Source of the DNA: Monocercomonoides exilis PA203 | Taxonomy: Eukaryota; Protista; Preaxostyla | Direction: 5' to 3' | Assembly (NCBI GenBank): GCA_001643675.2 | Contig: LSRY02000015.1 | Location: 1,178,001-1,242,000 of the forward strand | DNA: 64,000 nucleotides | Program-made: the position numbers and the translations under genes | Notes under the pieces: model-generated | Seen by the model: only the letters and a program-made list of their open reading frames with translations | What the model was told of the DNA's origin: nothing | Database searches by the model: none | Shown here: positions 1-14,858 of the stretch, in pieces | How the letters are laid out: each line of letters begins with the position of its first letter | How positions within the stretch are numbered: position 1 is the stretch's first letter

Positions 1-3000
1 GAACCAACAGAAGGCGGATGCTCAGGAGAATCAGAATAGACAGATTGAGTATTTTCTTTTGATGCAGTTGAATCTGTTGCGATTGTCTGCTCATTCGTAA
101 GAGAGCGAAGAGAAGAAGGAGACGACAATGAAGGTGAGTGAGAAGCAGGAAATGGATTAGCATTTGAGCTTCGAGGAGAAAGTGAGGATGAAGTTGCAGA
201 AGAAGGAGAAGAAAAAGACAACTCCACCATCTGCTTCGCACTGCTTCTTGTTGCTGGCTTCGGCTGTGAAGAATGCGGAGAAGGAGAAACAGAATGTCTC
301 TGAAGGATAATTCGCTTCGGCACTTCTTTCGTTCTTTGGAGAGCAGTTGGTGACAATTGTTGTGTGCCATGCTGCACAGGCGATAAGCCAGTCAATGAAA
401 TAGAAGAAGATTGAATTGGAGGCGTGTTGCGAGCACGGAGGATACGGAAGCTCTCTGAAAGAGAGCTGAGATTGGTTGTTGAATTAATGCTGGTTTGAGG
501 CGATGTTGCTGTTGCTGCTGCTGCTGATGATGATGATGTCAATGCTGTCAATGACTCAGCAATAGGATTTGTGTGTTTGCGGTGCTGATTGACATTTTTA
601 AGTTGCTTTGAAGAGTTTCGGATAGGAACGTGAGAAACGTTAAGCCTTCTATTGCTTAATGGAGGTGTGGATAGTGTTGATGACAATACTGGCTTTTCAC
701 GTTTATTTGAAATTATTGTTGAAGAATGTCTAAATGAAGAGGCAGCTGAATGAATGTTGTGCAAAGTTAATGCCGCATTCACTTTCTTATCCAAAAAGTC
801 CAACAAACAAAGCTGTGATTGCAACACGTTCTGATAGCGATTCAGAGTTGATGTGGAGTTAAATGGATGCAAAACAGTTTTCCCAACAATGAGAGATGAA
901 TGATTCACAGGAATTAGTGAGTTCAGCAGAACAATCATGTAAGCCGTCAAATTGTGTTGCACAAATGGCAGTGATGAAGCATACTGTCTATTAAATCCGT
1001 GTGCAGAGGCTAATGAAAATGCAGTTGAGGAAGACGAAGAAGGAGATGATGAAGGAGATGATGAATGATGTTTTCCAGAAATTGTCTGAGGAGCACAAAA
1101 TGCCACGTTTGAACTGGAAAAGGAAGGTTGAGGTGAAAGTGTTGCATTTGTGGCTGAGAAAGGCTGAGGAGACAAAGAAGCAGGAGATGAAGGCGTTGAT
1201 GTTGCTCTTTGAGGAGACGAAAAGGAGTTTGAAGGAGACAAAGAAGCTTTTCTTTTGGACGTAGGCGAAGGTGATGGAGAAGTGGCAGACGGAGAAGCAG
1301 AAAATGGAGCAGAGGAGCCTTTCTTGTTTTGTTCCTTTTGCATGTCTGAGGAAGATGTAGTCGAAGCAGATTGAGATGATGACGATGACGTTGACGAAGT
1401 GCTGGAAGATGTATCGTGCTGAGACAAGTTCGGCAAGTCCATTGAAGAAATAAGCGGAAATGGAAACACATTAGCACGTCCGGTTTGCCTGGAACTGACA
1501 GAAAACGGGAGTTCTTCGATTGCGCGATATGAAGACGGAGATGAAAGTGCACAGTAAGTCGGCGTGGATGCAATGGAAGAAGGAGAAGTCAGCAGGGTTT
1601 TGACTGAAGTGAACGGAGATGGAGACAAAAATGATGGCTGCGAAGGTGAAACATCGTAGTGCTTCTGACTCAAAGAGCGCCTCAAGCGAGTGAAGTGGGT
1701 TGGCTGTGAAGAATGGCCTGGATAAAAATTATCAGAAAGGTTGCCTGCTTTTGACAAGCAAGACTCTTTCAGAAATGATGAATGATACAAATGTGATGTT
1801 TCTGACAAATCGAAGTGGAGTGGTGTGAAGGCGGAAAGTGAAGACAGTGAACGAAGAGAAGCGGAAATGTGTGAAAAGATCAGTTTTTGAGGCAGTTGAG
1901 GATCAGCTTTCCTTTCAGAGGATTCAACAGGCAGGATGAAAGAAGAGGATGTTGGTGTTTGAACAAGGTACCTGAAAGCAGGGGATGAAGTGAACGAAAT
2001 TAAAACATCTGTGTTTGGAGGTGTCTGAATGCGTGAAATGTGAAGCGTTTGAAGTGCAGCTGAGGTTAATGGCTTGTTCACCAAATAAATTGACTCGTTT
2101 AGCTCTTTTGCTTTTGAAAGATCTGCACGTAAAGGCAATAAATCAGGCATATTTCTGTTATTGCTGGCTTTTCTGCTGAAAGCAACGCAACTCGAGCAAA
2201 ACAGGTCTGCTCCAAGTTTCGCTCTGTTTCTCAGTGACAAATGTGGCTGATGCATTTGATACTGAAGATGCAAGTCTGTTTGTGTGATGCTCAGAATGCC
2301 CAGAATGTTGTTGAATGATGCCATCAACTGAAGTGCTTCTTCTCCACAAGCAGACAAGCTGCGCATCATGTCAATTCCATTGAAATTGCTTCCATTCCCA
2401 TTGATTAACATTGAAGGTGAAGATGACGACGTTGACGAATGAGAAGCTGGAGATGAAGGTGTTACCAATGAAGGCGATGCATAAGCAGTATTGTTGTATC
2501 CAACTTCTCCTAACATCAGCTTTTGTGCCAGCGCCTGCAGCTCGCCCAGCCACCACTGTGATGTTCCTTTCATTCCACTCACAATACTCTTTCCGCTCAG
2601 CTGTGAAAGAAAATCAAGTTCGTGTGACTGACGCAAAATTGCATAGCAGCGCAGCAGATAAACAGACGAAGGTGTTGTTGAAAGTGCAATGGAAGGTGAC
2701 GAGGAATGTTGCGACAGTTCGTTCGCCTGCTTCAGAGCTCTTCTTGCTGCAGATGAAAAATGTGGTGTTTTCAGCTGTTTGAACTGATTTTGTGGAAACA
2801 GAGATGACAAATTGTGGGAGCGAGTTTTCAGTCGTTGTGAAAGTGTAGTGATAAGCGGACGAGATAGAGGAAGATTTGTTTCAATGCGAAACGGAAGAGA
2901 AGAAGGGCGATTTTGAGAGAGAATTGGCTTAGCAGAATGAGACATTTTGATAATAACAGAAGAGGAGGTGGAGGAGGAAGGCAATAAAGAAGAAGCATTT

Positions 3001-6000
3001 GATTTGTTCAGCTTGATTGAATAAGAAAATGAATTTCCATTTTCTTTCTTTGTGCTTGCTGTATCGCATTTCTCTATGAATGAGCTTGCAATCGTTGAAT
3101 TCAACACCTTTTTGCCTTCAACATTCTGTTTGTTTTCTGCTTCCATTTGAACTCTCTTTTGTTCATCTGCAAACAACTGAAGCATCTGCATCGACGGTGC
3201 ATGCCTTGCTACTGCTGCCACATCCCGTGCAAAGGCAGCGACTTCTCTTTCGACACCAAGCAGCTGGTTGTTGTAATCATCACCCAAGTTCAAAAGGATC
3301 GTACGACAGAACTCGTGATAGAGAGAATTAATTAGCATTTTCTGTGCATTCAGTTCAGCTGCTGCTTCTTCTTCCTCTTCCAACAAAGAATCATCCTCTA
3401 CTTCATCAATTTCATTTTCTTCGTAACTTTCGACATTGTTTTGCGTGATATATGGATAGTTTGGATTGATAGGTTGCATCCTTCCATCGATAGCAAAAGG
3501 AGAATAAGGCACACTTGAACCAGAAAGCTGGGGAGTGGCTGTGTGATCTTCACCACGTGAAAAAGGTGAATTCAAGGCAAACTGTCCAGATCGTTGAGAA
3601 CTCATAGAAGGTGAAGAAGACGATGAAGCAAAAGAAGGCGATTTAACAGAAGAAGAAGAAGAAGCCAAACTCATGGCAGACGGGAAAGAAGAGGATGAAG
3701 TGTATTGATAGCTCTGTGAAGGCTGTGGCGAGGAAAGTGCATTCAATGGAATAGGAGAAGTGAACGTGAAAGGTTGGCTGTGCATATTTGACAGAGAAGG
3801 TGAATGAGTTGATGTTTGAGGAGGGGTCGAGGAGTATAATGAGTTTCGAAGTGCAATTCCTCTGTTGAAAATGACTGGAAAACCCAAGCGAAACATCTTG
3901 GCCAGTGAATAAAAATACCATTCAACACGATCATATCGCCTTGCGATGCACTTGTTCCCATTCTCAAATATATCAAATTCTTCGGAAGATGATTCATTTC
4001 CATTGTTAGCCAATGGCTCCTTTTGATCTTTTGATGAAGAATTTTTCTTTTGCATCTTGCTTGATTGAATATCTGATGTTTCTGAACTATATTCGCTTAT
4101 TGTATTTTCATCGCTCTCTTCTTCCTCATCCTCTTCTTCTTCATCTGTGTTCATTTGAGGTTTACGCAAATTTGTATGATTTTCACTTTCATTTTCGTTT
4201 TCATTCTCTTTCTCATAACCTGATTCACTTGAGTCAGAATAATTATGTTCCTTTCTCATCTTTCTTGTCAATCGGAAGGCTTCAGCAGGAGAAACCTCAT
4301 TTCCATTCAAATGTGTTTCATCAAAGAGAAGAGAATGTCTTATTGTTGAAGTTGCTTCATCATCCACAAGATTGCCATGCTCATCTAACGACATATGAAG
4401 CTGACCAAGAGAAGGAAAAGGAATAGAAAGCAGAACGAGTGCAGGATTGAAAATGGAACGAACGCTTGAAATATTTTGCTTTTTAATGCTTTTTTCTGAT
4501 TTATTGAAAGTTTTGTCTTTTATTTCATTCCTTTTAGAACTGTTAGCTTCGTCGTGTTCTTCAGTCTTTTCATTGTGAATATCTTTTTTTTCAGTCAATT
4601 CCTGTTTGGCCTGCAGAGTTTGAGGAAGATTTGCTTTTTGTTCATCAGAAGTCACAACTGTCTGAGTATTGACTGTCGATTCAGATGAAGAAATATTTGT
4701 GGGTGATGTATCCAATTGCTTGGTATCAATCTTTACTGAAGAATGATCTTTTGTTAATTCAGAAATGTTGTTATTCTCTTTCACATCAAAACATTCTGTG
4801 TTTTTTATTGCAACCTTTTCACTTGATTCTGTTTGCTTTGAACGCAAATCAGATAAATCCTTCGTCTTGTTTTTCGTTTGTGTGACAGACTTTGCTGAGG
4901 CACTATCTTTCTTTGAGCTGAAAAGCCATTCAGAATCTTCAAGTGACGTTGGAGTCAAAAACGGAAGAGTTTTATCAGGCAATGGATCGAATGGAATGTT
5001 CAGAGGAGATAAAGGCGGTAAGAGCAACTGTGTTGTTGTTAGTGATTCTGTGTCATTGCTTTCTTTTTCAGTTTGTATCTGTTGGCTTTGAGTGCTTTCT
5101 GTGTCTTCCTTCATCTGAATGCTTGAGTTTTCATTGTTTTCCTCTTTTTCCATTTCTTTTTCATTTTCCTTCTTCTCATCAAAACTGGTTCTTTCTTCAG
5201 CTTCATCTGAAAAGCTCACATTTTCATCTGTTTTTGTGAAGCGTAGAGGAGGCGACACAACAAAAGGACGGCATCTAACATCTGACAGAACATCAATTGA
5301 ACGAGAAAGTGTGCGAAGAAGAGAAGAAAGTGAGGAAAGAAGTGCAAAAAGTGGAGGAGTGAGAAACAGCGGAAGAGAAGGAGAAGTTGGATTCGAGTCA
5401 AAAATGTGAGAATCGCCCTCTGAATCAAAAGATGAACAAAAATCGGAGTTTGTATTTGGTGAAGCTGAATGTTGGCTTTCAAATTTCTTTTTCTTCTGCA
5501 AATACATTCTGTCTTTAAAGAACCAACGAAGAACAACATCAGCAACATAACAGAACGAAGAGATTTCAGATGCTAAAACAGCCAATGGTGAAGTTGTTTG
5601 CTCACAGGAATAAGCTGTTGTGAGCAGATTTGAACTAATTGGTCCATTTGAACTTAACATAGAAGGATTATTTATTTGATTTGCAGAAGAAGATGAAGAC
5701 AATGCTGAACTCTCCAGTTTTGCCTTGAATGGCATTGATCCAAAAACAGACGGAGAAATCGGTGAAAGCGAGCGTGAATGTCCGCTACATGGAAGATTGC
5801 CGAAGCTAAACGTTGGATTGCCCTGAGGAGGAGGTGAAGGCGGCACGCCCAGGTCCACTTGATAGCTGCCAGCATTCGCTGGGAACGAAGACTGAATTCC
5901 AAATGGCGAGTTCTTCAGCAAAGAGTCAAGCCCATCCAGCATCAGTTTCTTGTTCTGCTTCTCTTCTTCCTCTTTCTTCTTCATCAGCCTCCGATTTTTC

Positions 6001-9000
6001 TCGGCCTGTGTTGATTTGCGCCTCGCTGGTGTAAATCGCCTTGCTCTTCGCTTCCACACTGTCCTAACCTGCGGATTTCTGTTCTTTGCTGTTTGAATCT
6101 TTTTCAGCTTCTTCTCTTCCTCTTTCCTCTTTGCCTCTTCCGCTTTCACCAACCTCAGCCCTTTCTCTTCCCACACATGCAACATCAGCTCCATTGCTAA
6201 GCGGAATGCAACACTTGGCAATGAGCATTCACTTATGTATGGAATATAATATTCACTGTGATGAGGCTGTGGATGCAGATCAGGTGGAGTGAATCTGTTG
6301 AATGTGTCAGGCAGAGGAAGAGCACCAGAAAGAAAAGCTGATGTGTTTGACGCAATATAAGGGAGAGAGGATGAAGTTGTCTGATCAAATGGAGAAGAGC
6401 TTGATGGGTATTGAAGATTAGAACTTGAATGAAGAGAATTATTTAGTGTGGAGATGACTGTTTCAGTTGAATTCTTATTTGAATAATGAAAAGTTAAAGA
6501 AGAAGAAGAAGAAGCAAATGGAAGATGCGAAATCACACAAGTTGACGGAGCAGCCGGACTTGGTGGTGGGACCAGCAGCTGTTTATGAGCTTCTGACTGA
6601 ATTGGCGCTAAAATGGGTCTTAGCGGAGGCAGATAAAACAGCGACAATCGCTTCATTGAGCTGTTCAGCTGGTAAAGAAACAGAAGAAGCAGAGGAGCAG
6701 AAACGGTGGGTTTCAAGCGCTGCCTGTCTTTCTCTGACTTCTTTCTGTGTGATTGTGACGATAAGCCATTACCATGATGCCCATGAGGCGTCAGCACAGA
6801 TCCCGATGAGTTGTCATTTTTGTATCGCTTCTCTTCACTTTTCTCATTCTCATTCTCGTTTTCCTTCAAATTCCAGAATTCTCCGTAATTTTCGTTTGGC
6901 TTTTCCAGAATAGCTCTCATTGCCTCGTCACTCTCCAGTTCTCTCCCTCTCTCTCGTTCTCTTTCCTTCTCTTTCTCCCCTTTGAGGATTTGCACCCAAT
7001 CAAGCCCACTCAAAATGCGCAGATCTGTAAGCGCCACAACCGCCTGCCGCATTCTGTGCACCACACGAGGAAGCGAATACAGTGACTCGACACGTAAAAG
7101 CCGGCAGAACTCGTCAAAAAGTGTGGTTGTGGCGATGGAGGATGTTTGCTGTGAGGAGGAGATGACAGAAAAAGAAGGAGAAGACAAAGAAGAGGAGGAG
7201 CTGTTGTATGAGGGAGGAGGAGTGGAAACAGGAGGAGGGATCTGATATGACGAGGCTGAAGAGGAGGTCAATGAGGAAGAAGAAGACGAAACGTACGAAT
7301 TAGCTGGATGATGCGATGATGTCATAAAAGCAATTTGCATAGAGCCAAACAACTGGTGAATGGTTTTCCAGCTAAGTGGCGTGAAAGAGCGCTTCATCTG
7401 TTGAATGCACAGATTGCACAGCGATTGCGCAACATTCTGGAAGAAGCGGATGAAATGTGAATCCATTCTGGTATCTCCCAAAGATGCAGCTGATGAAGAA
7501 GAATTTGAAGAGAAAGATGTTCGAGACGAAGGCGAAAGGTTGTATCTGCTGCTGCTCCTCTGCTTTCTGACTGCTGTTGGTTTGAATAGTTTGTTTGCCA
7601 CTCTCAAAGAACGACCGTTGGCTGGAGCAGACGGAGACGCAAAGCGCAGCCTCCGCTTTGCCGGGAAAGAAGGAGAGGAGAAAAGACGAGGCGAGGTGAA
7701 AGAAGTTTGGGATTGGCGAGAAGGAGAGAGAATGGGAGAGAAAGGAGAAAAAGGAGAAGTTGAGTGGCGAGTAGCACGTGGAGTGCTGATTGGTGTGCTG
7801 CTTTGAGACATTGCTTCTGGTGTGACTGAGCCATCAAATGAAGCAGAGGACGCAAGGCGATTGTTCGTTGGAGTGGTTTTGAAGTTCATTGAACTGTTTC
7901 GCCTGATCACGTTGTTTTGTTGTTTGTTCATTTGATCTTCTGTTTCTGACTCAGAATCCAGCCATTTCGTATCATCAACATCAATTTCTCCTTCTCCTTC
8001 TTCTCCTTCTTCTCTTCCATTTCCCTCTCCAATCTGTTCTTCGACAGGTGGGAAAGATGCTTCATTCTCTTCTAAGTCGAATTCAGGTGAAAAAAATGGA
8101 CTTTCCGTTTTAGACTTTCGATTTCTTTTGTTCAAAGGAGTCTTCCTTCTGCTTTTGCTTCTGTTGAATGATGGGGTTGAGTGATTGCTCGCAGAATAAC
8201 CCTTTCGCCTTCTGCTATAATTATTGTTATACATTCTGTCATTTCCATTAAAAGAGTTGTTATCATCATAATCATCATCATCATACCCAAATTCACCTTC
8301 ATCTTCTTTCTCATCATATCTCCCCATCCCCCTATCATCTTCATTCTTATAACCAGCACCTTTTTTGCTCCCATTCTCCATCAGCATCTTCTTCCTGTGT
8401 GCGAATTCTTCATTCATCACCCTGATTTTGTTCGAAAGCGGCGCCAGAACATCCAAAATTGAGTTGATGCGCGACACAACCACGTCAATCTCAGACAGCT
8501 CGTTCTCTTCTCTTATCTGCGCCTCTTCAAATATCATCTTCTCTGACAGCTTGAACCCTCCTTCGTTTCCCGAGCGCACTGAAATAAGCCACGCATTCAG
8601 CAGGAAAAAGCCATCGGGATCGGAATTGGGGAAAGATAAAGGTAAAGATGAAGTGGATAAGAGAGAGAGATTATGAGAGGTGGACAAGTAATTGTGTGAT
8701 TCTAAGGCTGAGACAATGAAAGAGGCAGAAAGAGAGTTCAAATGAGAAGAACACGAAATTTGCGAATTGGAAGTGCTGTTTGAATTGCTTAACAGAGAAA
8801 ATGGAGTTGAGCGCTTTCGAGAAATTTTCGGTGAAAAAAGAGTAGTTGATAGGCGATTCTTTGAAGAAGAAGAAGAAGAAGGCAAAGCAGACGTTCCAAT
8901 CCAAACGTGTGATGCTGAATGCAACACAGCTGGATACAAGAAAGGATGAGGCAGCATTCGCAGTGAGGGAATTTTTGGTGGATTGTGCGAGTTTTCAGCA

Positions 9001-12000
9001 GCCAAACGATAAGAAGGACCAAAAAGAGTCAAGTTTGAAGAGAGAATTGTTGGCGGAGGAAAAGGTGTGGCTGAAGGGTAAGGGCGGAGTGGAGGCAGAT
9101 GAAGTGGTAAGGTTGGATGAAGTTGATGAAAGAAGCTATGTGCAACGAGAGAGAAAAGCGGGGTTGGACGATTTGATGAAGGAAGGAAGGTGAAAAATGC
9201 AGTGAAATCCTGCAAAACTGATGGAGAAGAAGACGAGCGGCATTTCTTGGCTGCAAGAAAAGCGTATGCATTGGGTCTTTGTGAGTCTTCCAGAGATTGT
9301 TTTTCTTGATCCGCAGAGTTTGCAGAAGAAGGAGAAGGAGAAGGAGAATTGGAAGAAGCAACAGAAGCAGAAGGCGCCAGTGAAGACGGAGATTTGGCTG
9401 TTTGCTCGCTGTCAGACAGAACAGAAGGAGAGGAAGATCTCGAAGAAGAAGCAGAAGCATGAGCCGAAGAGCTCAATGAACGCTTGTGATGAGAATGAGA
9501 CGAGGAGGAGGAAACAATCGAAGCAGAAGAAATTGAAGAAGCAGAAGAAACAGAAGATGGAGCTGAAGAAAGAGGAGAAACTTTAGTTGAATCTGATTTG
9601 TCAGCTTGTGATGACACATTGAAATATTGGTGCTGCTGCAGAAAAACATACTGCTGATACACAGCAAGTGCTCGTGCAGCATCGCTGGAGGAGATAAAAG
9701 AAGGAATTGTGCGCTTTTTGTGCTTACGTTTTTGTTTTTGTGTTTGTATTTGTTTTTGATTGTCATCTGATTTGTGTGAAGAATTCACTGCTGATTGTTG
9801 ATCTTTGCTTGTTAATGAATTATCATTGAGCAATTGAGCATTTTGAACATTTTTTTCGATCTTTTCTTTTGTTTCAATAGAAGTATTGTCAATTTCCTTG
9901 TTTTGTAAATCCAAAGCAGCCGATTCAACACCCAATTGCACGGGAGATGACTCCACAGAAGGCGGAATGGCCTCTTCAGAAACAGGCAGCTTAGAAGAAT
10001 GCGACAAAAACGAAGGGAGGGCAAAGGGTGTTGTTTTGAGTGGAGATTGAGCAGTGGCTGATGGTTGTGAATCATTTGGCGAATGTTCAAGATCCAATGA
10101 AAGAACTGAATTGCTTTCGGCTTTTGCCTCAAATGAAGTCAAATCTTCTTTCATTTTCTGTTTTTCGATGTTAGTTTTTTCTTCCTTTTCTGAAAGAACA
10201 GAATTTCTTTCAAACAATTTTGATGCTTCCAAATGAAGAAATGAAATCAGTTTGATAGCTGCACCGAATCCTTGGCTTTTCATGTATTGCTTCTCCACAT
10301 CAGTATATTCACGTGTTGAGATCAATGACGAAATTGAATTTTTTTGTGACAGAGAAACTGAGTTATTATCATATGTTCCATTTTTCTGGTGTTCAGTTCT
10401 TTCATTATATGACGCAATTGATGATGAAGAGAGAGGAAGGTGGAGGAGCGGAACAATCGCGTTTAGCACTTTGTCTTCTCTTTCCTTTCGAGTGGCGTGG
10501 AAGTCTTCAATAATTGAGGTCATTTCTGCTTCAGTGAATGAAATAGGTAAATTGTACTTCGATTGATCAGAAGCTTCGTTTTGAGGGTAATTAAATGACT
10601 TCGAATAAGAAGAAGACGGATCATTCAATTTTGATGAAGACTTATTTGAATTAAGTGTGCTTGCCGATTGATCAGAGCCCATTGAAGAGGAATAATAATC
10701 AGGTTGCCCAGAACTCCTCATCCATCTCCCGTCTTTTCTGTTTTCAAAGGCAATTTCTTCATTCGAAGTCTGTTCATCGCTTTCGCCATTTCTCATTTTT
10801 GGCTCTTTTCCTTCTTTTTGTTCTTTTTGTTCTTTTTGCTTCATTCTCTCGCACATCATCTGGCTCAGCTTCATCCACTCACATTCAGCTGTGCAGAACT
10901 CAAATAAACGAAAAGTCAATGAGAAAAAAGAGGCAGAAGGAAGAAGTCCCTTTATGGTTGTGTTGAGAAGAGCATATTCTTCAGTGGCTTCGATGTTTGG
11001 CTGTGTGTTGAGGAGAAGAGGGGATGCGACTGAGTAAGGAAGAGAGCTGGACAAAGAGAGGGAGAAAAGCGAAGAAGAAGAAGAAGAAAAGGAGGAGGAA
11101 AATGTTGAAGAAGAAGATGAAGCATTCGATGCCTTTGGGGCTTGTGTGACTGCTTCATCTATTTGTCGTGCTGATTTCAAAGAAGATGAAATGTTATTGC
11201 TTTGTTGAAGTTCATCTGACGAATAATTTTTGATTGTTTTGTTCTCAAAAAACGAAGGAAGTGGAACATAGTCAATGTCAGGCAGAGAAATTTGTGCTTT
11301 TGCAGAATCAAAGTCACATTTAAAATACTCAGAAAAAATAGAATTGCGTGAGTTGCCCTGCTTTTCATTTGATGTTGCTGTTTTAATGTTTTCATGTATT
11401 CTTTCATTTGTTGCTGGTTCATCGATGACATTTCTGCCCATATCATCTTTGAGCTCAGCTTGTGTTTCAGTTTGTTTCAGTTCTTTATCATCACTTATTA
11501 AATTGCTTTGATGTTCTTCATTTTTAGCAAGAATGTTTCTTTCGAACTTTTCTCCATTTGCTTTTCTTCTCTTCTTTTTCCTTTCACCGCGTTCATCTGC
11601 TGTTTTCTTATCAACAATCAACGAAGGCGAAAAGAGCAGAAATGTGCCTTTTGAAGAGTACTGGTCAGCAAATAGTGGAATGCGCGGCTCAAACGGCGAC
11701 TCAGCAAATGATTGGCCGTCCAATGCGAAGAAGGAACGATGTGTTGGTGAATTCAATCTCAATGGTGATTCCTTTCTGGTTGTTGATGGTTTATGTGTTT
11801 GAATAGTTGGTCGAAGAAGAGACGAGTTAGAGAACACCTGTGGAGATTTATTTACAGTTGATTCAAAGTGTGATGACTTCTTCGAAAGTAAAGAAGGATC
11901 AAAAGATATTTCTGATGACAGTGATGACGACGATGATGATGAAAATGAGTCATTGTGAAAACTGTGTGATTTGAGCAGAGGCTGAGGAATTGGAGGAGAA

Positions 12001-13312
12001 AACACTGAAGGGCCAAGTGTGTCAGATCCGCTGTTGAGAAAAGAATCCATTTTTTTCTCTGTTTGAAGAGGATTTGAAGGATGAATTTGTTGAGTCAGTT
12101 CGGAAGAGGATGAAATAGAACTGTTATTGCAGTAGATTTGATCATTATGAATCGAAGCATTTCTTGAAAGATGTTTTTCTTTTATTTCATCATCCTGCTC
12201 GCTAAACAGATCATTTTTGAGTTCATTTTCTGATTCGCTGCTTTCAAACTCTATTTCTTCCGAATATTGTTTTTGAAGAGAGCTTCCTGATTTGCGGGAT
12301 GTGTCAGAATCTATTGCTTGTTTTGTGTTTCCTGTTTGAAAAGAGGATGTATATGAAAGAGTTGATGCTCTATGAGGAAACGTACGAGTAAGAGGACTCA
12401 TCATGGCAAATGCAGAGCCCGTAGTTGACTGATGAAATGAGTCTGACAAATCGTTCTGTTGAAGAGACAGAGAATTTACCAAAGGAGAAAACGACGACTC
12501 GGAACTTAATGACAGCTGAGTAAGACCAGATGAGTTAAACAGCAACGAATTCTGTCCTGAGGATGGAGAAAGAGCTGATGATCCCATTGTTTGCATTGCA
12601 TGTCTTGTCATATGGCGAGGTGGTATCGAAGTACCAAAATCCCAGTTTTTTGAATCTGTGTAATTGTCTCCGGTAGAAGAAATGCTTCCATATGCATCCC
12701 TCGTTGAATTATGATCAAGTAATTGCGCAGACGGGTCCAGAAGTTGTGAGGAATGAGCTTGTTCAGCATCAACATAAAGTGTTAACGGGACTTGATGGCG
12801 TACTCTTGATCGCCTTTTGAGTCCAAAATAAGATTTTCTTTTTCGCTTCTTCTTCTTAGCAATTCCATATTCATTTTTAGCTGCGCTATCCTCTTTTAAT
12901 TTTAAACTGACTTCTTTATCAGGAAAAAATGAACCATCAATATTATTCTGAGTTTTTTTGTTATCAGGTTGACTTTCAGTTGCTTCTTCAGAACGAGTTG
13001 TTCCATCGTCATCGCTAGAATTTTCTGATGATGAACTTTGTTCAGTTCCCGTTTCAGAGAGAACTTTCGGACTGTTGTTTTCATTTTGCTCTCTTGGTTC
13101 TGAAAAAGCTTTAATCAAAGAAAATTCATTCCCAAAAATAAAAATGGATTACAAATATAATAATATGCAGATTCAAGAATAAAAATCGAAAATTTGAGAC
13201 ATAACAACAGACACCAACCTGTATCATCTTTCTCTTGATTCAAAGTCTCTGAAAAAGAAGTTTGGTGCTCTGGTAGAAACGTGTCCAAATATTTTTCATT
13301 AACTTGTGCCAT
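1..13312 (-). CDS. Giant Ser/Pro/Glu-rich protein, >4,390 aa, continuing beyond the left window edge; exon 1 13312-13219, intron 13218-13100, exon 2 13099-<1
   Basis: ATG at 13312 (MAQVNEKYLD...DDT), donor ACAG|GTTGGT, acceptor TTTTCAG| giving ...DTEPREQNENNSPK. The same frame still reads sense at the window start (...EHPPSVG). The track lists no ORF in this frame, consistent with no stop inside the window; I spot-checked rather than read every codon. Function unknown. Confidence 0.85.
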
Positions 13313-14273
13313 TGAAATCTGTTCAAAATGGCCTGTGCACTTTTAAAAAGAAATGAAATAAGTTTATTTTGATCTGGACCATATATTTTTTCTTGAAAGA
13401 TGATAAGAGCATTCTACAATGAAAAACAAAACAGTTCTTGTTTGAAATGATTGCATTCAACATGAACTTCAAAATGAAAATTTCATAAGACCGTGAAAAA
13501 ACTTAGACTCGCCTTTACAGCTTATTAAGGCATTTACGATTTCTCTTTCATATTTCATATCAAATCATCAAATAATCTCAACAGACAAAACATTCTCATC
13601 CTAAAAATTCTATCAAGTATAAGCTATTAAACAATTTATGTGCTCAATACATAATGAATCAAAATCAACATTTTGAAGGCTTTACAAGAGAATAAAATTT
13701 GCATAAAAATATATTTTCCACATCTTATGAAATCGAAAAACTTAAAATATCAATATTGGAAATGAAGCTCGAGAAAAATTAAAAATAGAAAAAGGAAAAG
13801 AAAACAAAAAAAGATATCAAATAAAGTGCTGTATTTAACGACTCAAATAATCAAGAGTAATTTTTACTCCATCAACTCTGAAACTTTACGAAGAAAGATA
13901 TAAAACAAATTTAATCTACAATTCAATAAAAGAATTAAAAATTTAATAGAAACTGCAGGAAAAGAAATGTCACATAAGAAAACTGATCTTTGAAAAAATT
14001 TTCAACAACTTTCAAAAAAAAAATAATATATTATTTTCATTTTACAATGCATCAAACTTTACTAATGTACAATGAATAGCATACAAAATAAAATTAAACA
14101 AAACAAAACAAAACAAAACAGAAATAGAAATAGAAATTGAATTGCAATACAAATAAATCAAACGAAATTCAAAAATTAATAAAAAAAAATAAAAAAAAAT
14201 TAAAAAAAAATTAAAAAAATTTAAAATTATTTCACTCATCGAAACTCCAACCTCTCTTTCAGAAAGTCAAGTC

Positions 14274-14791
14274 TCAAAAAGAATAAACAGAAACATTGCC
14301 ATTATCTGGCTCATACAGCGGTGTGCTGTACATAGCGATGACCCTGTCAGAGGAAGAGAACGACGAATTTCCTGTGTAAGACGTGCGGGGCAGGCTATTT
14401 CGAGATAAATTTGAGTTGTTTGAAGAAGCGTATGGAGAGGCAAGTGATTGAGAAGAATCAATAGAAATGGATGATCCATCAAGTGATTGAGATGAAGTGT
14501 AGCCAGATGAAGCAAAAGAAGGCGGAAGAGATGAATTGCTTGAAGAAGAAGAAGAGGAGGAAGAAGAAGAAGAAGAAGATGGTGATGATGATGAAAGAAC
14601 AAGAGAAGGTGAAGGTGAAGTGGCTGTGGAGTGAGATGAAAGAGGAGTGAGAAGAGAGTTGCTTTGTGTGTCGTCTGCTAAGGAATACAACTTGACTCTG
14701 TTGAGAAGCATCTGCAGTGTTGGCAGCACAGAAAAGAGAACATAGAGAAATACCACCAATGCTAAACGTTGAAAGAAATTTGAATAAATAA

Positions 14792-14858
<67 letters not shown>

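Noticed and set aside
1001-13084. Dozens of 60-190-aa ORFs on both strands
   Set aside because: Shadow frames of the giant minus-strand gene, arising from low-complexity, stop-poor sequence.
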